DNA of 64,000 nucleotides from Utricularia gibba. Lineage: Eukaryota; Plantae; Magnoliophyta. Within the stretch, counting starts at the first letter, position 1. Each line of letters begins with the position of its first letter. The stretch is from positions 992,001 to 1,056,000 of the forward strand of contig NEEC01000020.1 of NCBI GenBank assembly GCA_002189035.1. The letters run 5' to 3'. This document shows positions 25,851 to 37,553 of this stretch, piece after piece. The notes beneath the pieces were generated by a model. That model saw only the letters and a program-made list of their open reading frames with translations. It ran no database searches and had not been told where the DNA came from. The translations under genes and the position numbers were made by a program.

Positions 25851-28800
25851 GATTCCTTGCTTGAACATTAACTTTGCATAGAGCAGCTATACATGTCGCT
25901 TTGTGTAAATACCTAATATCTATCACTATAAAAATTACCCTTCTTTGATATTCAATATAAATGCATCGATTCACATTCTTATGTATCCATCTTCACATTC
26001 TTATGTATATAGACTCTGCAATGATCACCATGAAGGCTGTAGATTATTTAAGGCAAGTGCCGAAAGGGATGACAGTATTGAAGGACTTGTGTAGTTCGAA
26101 GAGGAAAAGCAAGGATGAGGACGTGATCAAAGTCAGTGCTCAAGTCTCCACATACCTGACCCAACCGATGCCAGAAAAATGTTCAGACCCTAGAACATTT
26201 TTTGTTCCTATCCAGGTAGGAACTAAATTCATCAGCAGGGCAATGGTAGATCAAGGCGCTTCAATCAACATGATGCCTTATGAAGTTTATTTGGCACTTG
26301 ATTTGGAACCCCTCAGGCCAATCAACATGAAATTACAACTTGCAACCAGATTCGTGGCCATTTCGGAGGGTATTGCTGAAGATGTTCTTGTTAGAGTTTC
26401 TAACACCTATTATCCTTGCGATTTTGTTGTTGTTAAAATGCCTCCAGCTAGGGTGAATGATAATACTTTAATTCTGGGACGCCCTTTCTTAGCTACTGCA
26501 AATGCTCAAATTGATTGTAGGAAAGGAGTCATCACTATTGGCTATGCTGATTATATCTTCATCTTTAAGACCAATGAAGCTGAAAAATTCCCTGATGATT
26601 TTGCACCTGTGACTGGAGTTGATGTCGTTGATGAATTAGTAGAGGAAGTTTTTGATGAAGAGCAGCATGATATTCTTCAATTGTTTAGACAAGATGTTGA
26701 GCTCGAAGAGGAGGAAGCTGAGCATGTAATTCTGGAATGTTTCATTGAAGATAAAGACTTGGTGAAGCTTGGAGAAGTGACTAGTGTTGCATAACCAGAA
26801 TTGAAACCCTTGCCTTCACATCTCAAGTATGCATTTATTGGTGACAATTCAAAGCCGGTGATTATTAGTGCTGATCTTTCTTGTGAAGAAGAGACGAAGT
26901 TGATGGACGTTCTCAAGGCTAACAGCAAGGCTATTGGCAGGACGCTGGATGATATAACTGGAATTAGCTCTTCTGTCACAATGAATAGGATTTATCTTGA
27001 AGACGGAGCAAAACTGGTTAGACAACCTCAGAGAAGGCTTAATCCGACCCTCATGGAGGTTGTGAAGAAGGAAATCCAAAAGCTATTGAAAGCTGGAGTG
27101 ATTTACTCGATTTCTGATAGTACGTGGGTAAGTCCTATCTACGTAGTCCCTAAAAAGACAGGAATTACAGTTGTCGAAGATGCTGATGGAAAGAAGGTGG
27201 CGACGCGAGTTCAGAATGGCTGGAGGGTATGTATTGACTACATGAAGCTGAATGAAGTCCCAAGGAAGGATCACTACCCTCTACCCTTCGTGGACCAAAT
27301 GTTGGACAAGTTAAGTGGTAAAAGTTTTTATTGCTTTCTTGATGGGTACTCAGGGTATAACCAAGTTGCTATGGCACCGGATGATCAAGAAAAGATGACT
27401 TTTTCCTGTCCCTTTGGCACCTATGCGTACAAGAAGATGCCATTTGGTCTCTGCAACGCCCCAACGACTTTTCAAAGGTGTGTCACCAGCATTTTTTCGG
27501 ATTATATTGATGATTTCATTGAAGTATTCATGGACGACTTTACTGTGCATGGAACTAGTTTTGATGATTGTTTGAATCATTTAGAACTTGTTTTGAAACG
27601 TTATGTTGAGAAAGATTTAGTTTTGAACTCTGAAAAATGCCATTTCATGGTACGCCAAAGAATTGTACTTGTGCATTTTTAGGCCATGTCGGATTTTATA
27701 GGAGGTTTGTTAAAGGGTTTTCTCAAATTGCTCGACCACTAACCAATCTCTTGTAGAAGGATGCTGAGTTTATTTTTTCAGATGAATGTAAGCATGCTTT
27801 TGAAACTCTCAAGGCAACCGTGACATCAGCTCCTATCATACAAGCGCCCAACTGGAGTGAGCCATTCCATGTGATGGCTGATGCATCCAACTATGCAGTA
27901 GGAGCTGTGTTGGGCCAGAAACTGGATGGAGAAGACACTGTCATCAGTTATGCCTCCAGAACCTTGGATAATGCTCAAGCAAATTACACTACAACCGAGA
28001 AGGAGATGCTAGCTATTGTATTTGCCTTGGAAAAGTTCAGAAGATATTTTTTGGGTAACAAAGTGATTGTGCATACAAACCATGCCGCCATCAAACACCT
28101 CATGTCCAAGAAGGAGACCAAGCCGAGGCTTATGAGGTGGGTCTTATTGATGCAAGAGTTCAATGTGGAAATCAGGGATAAGCCTGGGAAGCTCAATGAA
28201 GTTGCAGATCATCTTAGTAGAATAGAGCAACCCATGGATGGTGTTCCAATTGTTGAAGAATTTCCAGATGAACAACTCTGTGCAATTAAGGCTGATGCAG
28301 ATAAGACTAGTGAACTATGGTATGCTGACATAGCCAATTATCTATGCACTGGAGAGATGGCTTTGGACTTAAAGAGTTATGAGAAGCTGAAGTTGAAGAG
28401 TGAGAGTAAGCACTATTTATGGAATGACCCCTATCTGTGGAAAAATTGTGCTGATGCTGTTGTGCGACGCTGCTTGACTGAAGATGATATTCAGCAAGTG
28501 TTGGCATTCTGTCATGCATCTCCTTGTGGAGGGCACCATGGTCCTAACCGTACTACCAAGAAGGTGCTGGATTGTGGTTATTATTGGCCAACAGTTTTCA
28601 AAGATGCCAAGTCTTACTGTAAGAGCTGCGAGAACTGCTAGAGAACGGCTATGAGTACATCTTGATGGCCGTAGACTTTGTTTCAAAGTGGATAGAGGCA
28701 ATCCCCACCAAGTCAATTCAATGATACGCTTTCTGAAGAATAATATCTTTGTGAGGTTTGGAACACCCAAAGTCTTGATCAGTGATCGTGGAAGCCATTT

Positions 28801-30960
28801 CTTTAACAAGGCTATGGAGAGACTGCTGAAAAGCTACGGAGTCTGGTACAAGCCATCTAACTCCTACCAATGGGCAGGCAGAAGTTTCTAATCGGGAGAT
28901 CAAACAAATTTTGGAAAAGACTGTGACTTCTTCTCGCAAGGACTGGAGCTCCAAGTTGAGTGACACCTTGTGGGCAATTCGCACAGCCTTCAAAACCCCC
29001 ATCCGTATGTCTCCTTTTCGTCTTGTAAATGGTAAACATTGCCATTTGCTCATTGAATTAGAGCAGAAGGCAAGATGGGCGATCTAGCGAGTGAACTTGG
29101 AGATTCAAGGCAGTGGTGACTTGAGAAAGCTCCAACTTTCAGAGCTTGATGAGCTAAGACATGAGGCCTACATGAATTCTAAAATCTTCAAGGAACGCAC
29201 GAAGTAGTTCCATGACTATCAGATCTTGCGAAAGCACTTTGAACCTGGACAAAAGGTATTATTATTTTAGTCTAAACTCAAACTTCACCCAGGTAAACTG
29301 AAATCTCGTTGGGAAGGACCTTTTATGATTAAACATGTGAATCCTAACGGTTCCATTGAGTTGTTTGATAGAGACATGCATAGCTCATTCACTATGAACG
29401 GTCACAAATTGAAAGTGTTCCATGAGCTTATGATTTATGAAGTGGGACACCCTATGGATGCGGTGGCATTCACTGAAATTCCCCTCTAAGTGATTATGCA
29501 CTTAAGTCTTACCCTAAGACTTATTTTAGGGTCCTCGCTGGGAGGTAACCAGTATTTTCCCCTTTTATTTCCTTTATGCATTTTTATTTTATTTTTGCAC
29601 TTTTAGTTATGCATTATGTTTCTCGTGCGGTTGCAATCTGTTATCTTGTTGGTTTTTCTACCCCACTGTTAGTTTCTAATGCCATAGCCCATTTCCTGTG
29701 TAGTTGCAATTCTTTTCTTTATTTTTTTAGTTACACAGGCCCAGTAGGTTCAATTTAAAAGAGTGGGAACCCTTCTTCCAAAAAGTCACTTTCTCTCTTT
29801 CGCAACCCTTGCCTCTTTTCTCTGTTGCCACTCTTCCATGGCAAACCTCCCATCTTCCGACTCAACCGCCATGCCGCTGGCCACCCTTGACCAACCATCT
29901 GTTCTGGCAGCCTCCGTAACCACCAACCCAACCTCTACCATGCCACAAACTATTCAGTTCTTCCTCCAATCTATCACTGCGTCCTCTGCCACGAGCCCTA
30001 GGCCCTCTTCCGATGAAATGCTGCTCGCTGCGCAGGTGGAAGCCGACATTTTGCAGTTGCTGCTGAGTTTACGCATAGTCCAGTTGCTCGCTTCCAGCGC
30101 TCCTTTACCCACTCCTGCATCTCAGCCAGCCCCTGCTGCTGTTACACCCTCACCGCACCAGCGTTCCTCACTGCAGCCTGCTTCTCCGATTCTGAATCTG
30201 GTGGGTGCGCTTGATTTTTCCCTTACTTTGGCTACCCCTCGCCCCTCGACTGCTGCCCCGACCACCCACCACCGCACCCCTTCCCCACCTCCGGTGGTTA
30301 CTATTTCTGCTACTCCTCCACCACCGGCGTCCTTCACCCCTGGACCCCCGCTTACACCGGACTCTATTTATGCGGATTTCCTTGAGGACCAAGAATTTTC
30401 AGACCCCTGAAGAAGGGTATTTTCGAGAGTGCGGCCCCTGCTATCACTTCCGCTCTGGATGCTGCAAGAGCACTGCTCCCGCAGGGAATACCACGGCGAG
30501 ACCTGTTACGGGCAAGCGAAGTAGAGTCAAGCAGTGTGTGACTCATCGGACCTACAGAACGCGCAAGCAAAGGGCAGAGGAAGACGATTTGGCAGCCAAA
30601 CAGTGGGAGGAAGAGAATGCTGCCAGCAAGAAGAACAGTGTAGCAGCAGCGCCCAAGAACAAGGCCCCAAAGAAGGCTCCTGCCCCTGCCTAGGTACCCT
30701 CTGAGCCAACAAGAGAGGCAGTATCTGCTAGTGAAAAGAAGGTCACGGCAACAAGCAAGAAGCCACCAGCAAGACAGAGTCCCGAACCAGCCCCCGCACC
30801 TACCGAGACAGCGAGGAAGGAGGACGCCATTGTTCGAAGAGAACACTCATAGAGAACCACCAAGGAATAGAAGAAACGGCCTCGCGAAGAGAGGGAGGCT
30901 GGCAACACACAAAAGGGTGGCAAAGCTAAGCAACGCAAGGTAGAGAAAGGTAAACAGAAA

Positions 30961-32070
30961 ATGACTGAACCCCCTATTGGCTCCACTATTTTTGCAGATA
31001 GGGACATTACCATGTCAAAATTGGAGGACTGCTCAAGAAGAATGACTGGAGGAGGGCGTGCATTTTTCACCAAGGAGGACACAGAGATTTTTACAGAGCA
31101 CCTACGGTTCATAAGCAGAGCCCACAAGGAAAAGTTGGATATAATTTTTGGAGCAGGGCCGGAACCGGTGCGCTATCTAGACACTGAAATACTTCAGCAC
31201 CTCGGTATTGAGCAGGAGGTAAATGAACGGTTGGCTGGTACACCATTCCTTCACATTTTTCAGAACAAGCTGCCTACTTGTGCTGAACTGTGTTACGAAT
31301 TTTTCATGACATTTGTGTACGATGTGCCTGAAACTGTTTTTGCTCCTGGCATTCTTCGATTTAGACTATTTGGGAAATGGTTTGCCTATTATTTAGCTGA
31401 TTGTAATAGAGCTTTAGGATTTGTTTCTGAAGACGACGTGAACTCCACTACTTTTCAGACTTACATGTTTGATTTTCCTGGTGTTGAATATTTTGATGAA
31501 CAAGAAGTATATGAGCAATTGACTAGGCAGTGTGAGGTTATTTTTAAACAAAAAGGGACTAAGGCTAGTCTTATAGTTGATCCCGTGTGGAGAATTATTC
31601 ATGTGCTCCTTTCTGCTTCCTTTTTCCAGCATCAACGTGCCTTCAATTCCTTGTTTAAAAATGAGACTTTTATTTTGTGGAGTTTAATGATGAAAAGGCC
31701 ATTGAATGTTGGTGCTTTACTTGCCAATATGATGAAAAAGGAAGTAGGAAATAGGACCCGTGTGCTGACTTTACGGTTTGGAAACTGGATTTCTTATTTG
31801 GCTTTAAAAGAATTCGGTCCTGATGCTTTAGAAAATGCCAATTTGCACATTGGACCCCCTAATCTCCCCATTGACTTGTCTTTCCTCACGAATATTGGCA
31901 TGATTCGACTTGCCAAAGGCAAGATCGTGTTTTTATTGAGCACAGGTGAAGGAAACGTTGTGGAGCAACCCCTGCCCAATGCTCAGGCAGCTTCTACATC
32001 TGCTGGGGCAGGGGAAGCATCTGTGAAAAGTGGAGAGTGCTGCTGTTTGAAGGAAGTTCGTGAGCTGTGA
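30961..32070 (+). CDS. Athila env-like / ORF2-type protein (369 aa open segment of a longer decayed ORF)
   Basis: Lies between pol and the PPT. Pattern 'RYLDTEILQHLGIEQEV...LCYEFFMTF...LRFRLFGKWF...CNRALGF' resembles Athila extra ORFs (ATHILA ORF-1/Transposase_32-like, from memory). In frame with the upstream basic region 30205-30960. Confidence 0.7.
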   Translation: MTEPPIGSTIFADRDITMSKLEDCSRRMTGGGRAFFTKEDTEIFTEHLRFISRAHKEKLDIIFGAGPEPVRYLDTEILQHLGIEQEVNERLAGTPFLHIFQNKLPTCAELCYEFFMTFVYDVPETVFAPGILRFRLFGKWFAYYLADCNRALGFVSEDDVNSTTFQTYMFDFPGVEYFDEQEVYEQLTRQCEVIFKQKGTKASLIVDPVWRIIHVLLSASFFQHQRAFNSLFKNETFILWSLMMKRPLNVGALLANMMKKEVGNRTRVLTLRFGNWISYLALKEFGPDALENANLHIGPPNLPIDLSFLTNIGMIRLAKGKIVFLLSTGEGNVVEQPLPNAQAASTSAGAGEASVKSGECCCLKEVREL

Positions 32071-32947
32071 GGTACGGTTGGAACTCTGAAGATGTACTTG
32101 GAAATTCTACTTGATTTGCAAACAAATGCAGGTCCTACCGTCCCTTATAAACGTTGATGAGACTTTTACCCTGTTTTGTGTATATGTGTTTGGTTTAGTT
32201 CTTACCTGCTTAAGACTTATTTGAGGGTAGCGAGATTTCAGAGAAGTGCATGCATGTCGCCTGTGTTTTACTCTGTTGAACTAGGCGTTACTTGTGAATA
32301 GCTGGTATGTTGCACATTGATACGTGGCTGTGAGTTGAGCTTAGTGAGACATGTAGCTCATGGCTGATGCACATAAAAGATTTTCAATGCTAAAAGGCGG
32401 GCACACGAGAAAAGCCGTGCTGTAAAAATAAAAAAAATTAGAAGAACTTGAGACTTCAACACTACAAGCCCTACATTTTTCCTGAACATACTTAGTAGTC
32501 TAGCCAGCCACTCTAGGAGCAATAAGGATGCATGAACGGGAGGGGACTATGTCAGGGTAGTAGTGAACAAGTTCTCAACCCTTTTTATTTTCATTTAGTA
32601 CCTCCATGTGCATCATTTTCATCTTTCAGCCATAACACCCCCATAAGTCTTAAGTGTCTCACTGGGTAAAGCCATATATGTCACTGATTGAATGCTACTG
32701 CTTGCTAGGATCAAGTTAAAACTAGTGCAGATGTGATTTTTGAACACTCGATGCATGCGAGTAACCTCTATTATCTTGCTTGAGTGAAATTTTTATTCCT
32801 AGCACTTGCTATATCTTACCTTCACTCATTACATGGATAGCATGACCGGAACCCTTTTTCTTTCTCTCAGCAGACTCAACCTTAGATTTTCTGTTTTATT
32901 TTCTGTTTTAGACTTGAGGACAAGTCTAGAGTCGTTGTAGGATAGTG

Positions 32948-34168
32948 TGATAACACCATTTTTATTGTGTTTTTATATATGTTTTTAAGTGTGTTTTGTT
33001 GGGTTAAATGTTGATTAGGGCACTAAAATGTCTTCTTTTGTGCATTCAGTCTGTTAAAATGTGTTTATTGTGAAAATAGATTCAATTGGCAACAAGTGAG
33101 CCGAAAATTCTAATATTTCGTCTAGTCTGTGTTTTAAGTCTTACCAGAGTAAGAGCTAGTACTGCAGCAACGTACTTTCCGCGTTGAGAAGTCAAAAAGG
33201 GATAGAAAAGCTGTGCAAAAGCCACTTTCCACCGAAAATAGCCGCCCTTCTGAAGAGATAAGATATGGAGCAGAGATCTCCCTTCTAGAAGCATGAGGAA
33301 AAGACCAAGCTACCCTTAATTTTGAGCTGCAAAAGGGAAAAGGAAGGGAGAGAAGAAGGAGAGTGCACTGTGCACGCAGAGTGCACAAATAGCAAACAGA
33401 AGCGAGGGGAACAAGGAGAACGCCGTTTCTCCAGCGAAAGTCTCCAACGACCTCCAGATCTGCGTGTCCACACCACCGTTCCGGCCAGAACTTCGATTTC
33501 CATCAGATCTCCAGCCCATAGAAGCATCCTGCAACTTTTATTTACAGATTTCTACACTCCTTTTTCTGCGTGAACTTGCTACTGTTATTGTCGTCGTTTT
33601 TATGCTTTCTGTTGTGTTTCGGTACCCTATTGTGAATAAGAAACTAGTTGGAGACCTTATTTTAGCTTATGAACATGCTATTGTTTACCCTTTTCGTGCT
33701 TTGCCTTAAGTTTAACGCGATTTACTGTTCCTGCGAACCATGCTCTATTTCTGCAAACCAATACTCTGTTTTTAAGCATTCCAAAGCTAGGTTTAAGTCT
33801 ATGGGCTCTCTTGAGTGACACAAGAGCTAGACCCTGATGTAAAACCCAGCCAAATTACTTTTATTTTATGTTTTCTGCACCTTCACGTCAATTTCAATCC
33901 CTTTTCACCCCTGCAACTCGCTTATTGCAGTTACTGTTATTTTAGATCTTACCCGCGTTAGAACTAAACTCCAGAAAACCCCCCTGTTTCTAGTAAATGT
34001 GTTAAACTTCAGGAAATTACAACCATTCCCTGTGGATTCGACCCTTACTTGCCACACTACATTAATTCTTGTGATTTGTGTAGTAGATTAGCTTGGTTTA
34101 TAAATTTCTTTTGATGTGTTGAATGTGCTAAATCGCAACATTTAGCAAACCCATTCCAACGTCCATCA
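32948..34168 (+). repeat. 3' LTR of Athila copy A (1221 bp)
   Basis: TGATAACACC...GTCCATCA after 'GTTGTAGGATAGTG'; homologous to 47532-48451. Confidence 0.9.
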
Positions 34169-34203
34169 CCATCTTCACATTCTCCACACAAAACCTCTTA
34201 TTA

Positions 34204-34539
34204 GATGTGAAGGTGTTGGATAACTCTTAGGGAGGAGCAGGGCAATTTCAGGGAGGGAAATGACTTCTTTTCTTCTATCAGGATTTATGTTTACAATATG
34301 CCATCCAAATTCACCTATGATTTGCTATGGCTATTTCATAACACCTACACGGAAACATCTAATCTCGCTTCCAACAATAGCCCTGTTCATCGTTTAATCG
34401 AGCATGTATGCTTCTTGTTTGCTTCTAGAAGTTTTAATCAGTCTTGAAGTTAAATCAATACATCCCATCTCACATGCCTTATTAAGAAATTAGGTTCCAT
34501 AATATGACATGTAGCATTTGATTGATTACTAGCTTTGGG
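34204..34539 (+). pseudogene. Partial duplicate of the exostosin gene (end of exon 1, intron 1, start of exon 2)
   Basis: Colinear with 52585-52916, about 85% identical by eye, intron included. Indels near the start; GAGCAG|GT changed to GAGCAT|GT. Confidence 0.93.
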
Positions 34540-35399
34540 AAAATTGATTACATCTGTAATTGATTATCAGTTTCTTTCGTATCCAATTTTCTTTCTTTTT
34601 TTTGATTGTGCAAACTAAAACCAAGTGGATTTTTTTTTGTGCCATACTACTTCATTACTATATATACAAAGTTCATGAAAACGATAGATTGATCAAAAAA
34701 TTTAAAAAATAGCTATAAACATATTTGCTTTATTAAACTATCAAGTTTTAATACTCTTTTATATATCTAATCCACACAATTCTTACTCAAAATCTTACTC
34801 AAATAGATTGATGATGATGTTTGACTATGCGTCATCATGATATCCAATATTGAAAAAAGATAACTTAACTTCGCTCTCAAGATTTCATTTCTTGTCTTTA
34901 TTTTTTTGATAAATCTCCAGAACCAAAGAAAGAGGGTCACAATATATACCATATCTGACACTTTCTCCCCCTATATAATTGTACAAGGCCACCATGCACA
35001 CCCTTTTTCCCCTCCTTATCCTCAATGATGCACAATGAGAAACCCTACCCATCAACTATGAAGGAGTTGCGGGAGGTTTCTAAAGCACTCTTCGATCATT
35101 TGATTCTAATCCCTTTGATTAGGTCATGTTCATAGAAGAATGCACGAGCCCTTGGTGACAAGTGTGGTCATTGATTGTTGTCATTTTTTCAGTTCTCTAG
35201 TATTTTGCCTTGGTATAGAGAGCATTTCACCATCTATCGGGTGTTATGAAAGATGTTCCGATGATATTTATATTAATTTAATAGTTTTGGCTTTTTCTCG
35301 AAGTTTCAAGTTTTCATGCTTGGACATTTTTTCATTGACTCATGAAATCAAGATGTAGTGATGCCTCAAACAGCCCTTCACTTCGGATAGTCCTTCTCT

Positions 35400-36700
35400 C
35401 ACATGTGTAACATTGTCAATTCGAACAATGCTACATAGTTGGTATTGATTCTCAAGGACTCCTTGATAAGGATAAAGAATGCTTCCTTATATACCTATAA
35501 CTAAATCTAAAAAAAGGTCAATCTTTCTCATATTAACTAAATGTCAGATTTGACTTTCGAGAGTATGGCTGGTTCTCCCATTTTGGGGAAAATGCATCCC
35601 CTTGGAAGAGTCACTGGAATGTTGACCCTGCTCTTGCTTAGTTTGATAAGATTTTAGAGTAGTTTGGAATGTCTATTAGACCTATGACAACTACTTCCAT
35701 TTATTTATCATGAGACATGAATGACTCAACTTCCTAGTACGAGCTTGTCATGAGACTCCTTAGGTTGATTGTTTATCCTTATCATAGTTGTCCTTCTACT
35801 TCTTTATTGGACTCTCATTAGCATCACAACTATATGCCTCGTCATTTACTTTCACAATACTAGTCCTATGAATCCTAGTGACTTATAGGTATGATGTTTA
35901 AGATTCAATTTGGCATCATGAGGAATGCACTTGAACCTAACTTAGAATGCTAAAACTTATTGATTGGAATGTCTTGTGAAAGCTTGGTAGGAGAGGATAA
36001 TTCTACAAAGTATTGCTGATGTTTAAAGTTGTTCTTAGAAAGGTGAATTTCTTAGAATGGGGCGATGAGTGTGAGAAAGCTTTTTCAATTCTGAAGGAGT
36101 ATTTGATGTCCCCTCTCTTGGAGAATTCTATTTTAAGTCAATCTCATAGATTATATATAATCATTTTAGATGTTACATTAATTGTTATCCTTATGAACAT
36201 CTCCACAACCACCCATAAACTAATATTTTACATATGTAAGAGTTTGAAACTTGTTAAAACTTACAATTTGCGTGTAAAAAAATAGTTTTAACTTTAAAAT
36301 ACTACTAGCACTTTACTATGAGGATTGAATTGTAAAGATATTCACCAATCTCCCCCTCAAATCTATCCTATCAAATCTTGAATTGATAGGGAGGGTGAAA
36401 AATGGTTCATAGAAGTGAGCACTCTTGACTTAGAATTAAAAGCATTTAGGAAGTTACTCTCCAAATGCAAATTAGGTATAAACCTTAGATTGAGATCAAT
36501 CTAATTTAGATCTATGGTGAGCAATTCATGGATGCCATTGAAGTGTACTTAGAATCTAACTCTAACATTATTGAGATCATTATTTATCTTTGGAATGAGA
36601 CTACAATTGATAACTCTTATTAGGTGAGGAAATTGGCTTTTAAAGCCTATGAATATCATAGAACCTATGATGACCAATTCCTAAGGTGTATGCTATCATT
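35400..36700 (+). mobile_element. Old Tat-like gypsy pol remnant, left part
   Basis: 36013-36285 'FLEWGDECEKAFSILKEYLMSPLL...IFYICKSL' is the RT-RH connector. Continues as integrase after the MULE. Limits approximate. Confidence 0.6.
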
Positions 36701-37553
36701 CTAGGCTAGAAAAATTATAACAGAAGTATACAATATATTGAAAAAGTAATATAAATATTAATGTTTTGCGCCACTAGTAGTGGCTCTTTGGTGTGCGCAA
36801 TAAGTGGCGCCATCATTGATGGCGCCTTAGAAAGGGCTCCATCATTGATGGTGTCTTTGATAAGGCACCATACGTGATGGTGCTTTAAATCTGCTAAGCC
36901 CATACTTCTCCTTCTATATATATCTCACATCTTCACAATTTTTTTCATTCATCTTCAAAGTTGAGTAGAATCGGAGTTGATGAAAATATTGGTAATATCG
37001 TTTTTTCATTTTATATTTATTTAAATTTTTTATATTTCCTATAAATATACAATAATTGATTACATATATTTGTTTTACCATTTCAGAATAGATAAATACA
37101 CTAGTGATTTTTTTTGATTTTTTGGAAATGTCATCCGATTTGCCCTACATTGAGGGTGAAAGTTCGCATACTCCTTCACGGCCATGTACCAATATGCCAA
37201 ATGTCAATTATGAAGGTACTTATTTTATTACATATGTTAAGACTTATCTATTTTTTTATATTTGTAATAATTAATTGTATTGTAGGTGTATTTCCGAGTC
37301 TTCAATTATCATTATCTTTAAATCATGATAACAATCCAAATGTGAACGTGGCTGAAGGATTTCCTATGGAAGGTAATTTTAGTAAGATTAAGTCTTAATA
37401 TATGAAATTATTATCATTTTTTTTAAGATATGGTTGGCCTTGATGATGACGATGGAGACACCGATTCAAGTGAGGATTCTAAAGCCTCGCTAGCAGTACA
37501 ATTGTCAGGACGAAGCACCAGAGACCAGAATTGAGGCACCTCATGCAGTACAA

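Larger units (their letters stand above)
25992..34168 (+). mobile_element. Athila-type Ty3/gypsy copy A: 5' LTR and most of gag deleted, env-like region and 3' LTR retained
   Basis: Protease 'AMVDQGASINMMP' and 'LILGRPFLATA'. RT 'WRVCIDYMKLN..DHYPLPF' and 'FMDDF'. RH '[16 protein letters not shown]'. Integrase to ~29488 with no chromodomain. 3' LTR 32948-34168. TSD CCATC at 25987-25991 and 34169-34173. Confidence 0.92.

Noticed and set aside
30122-31127. Minus-strand ORFs opposite the Athila Pro-rich and basic region
   Set aside because: These are expected complements of a biased, stop-poor sense sequence.
36772-36784. CACTAGTAG as a CACTA terminus, implying a CACTA/MuDR chimera
   Set aside because: It is the centre of a GCCACT-AGT-AGTGGC palindrome, a variant of the MULE subterminal unit. 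There is no matching CACTA right end or 3-bp TSD.
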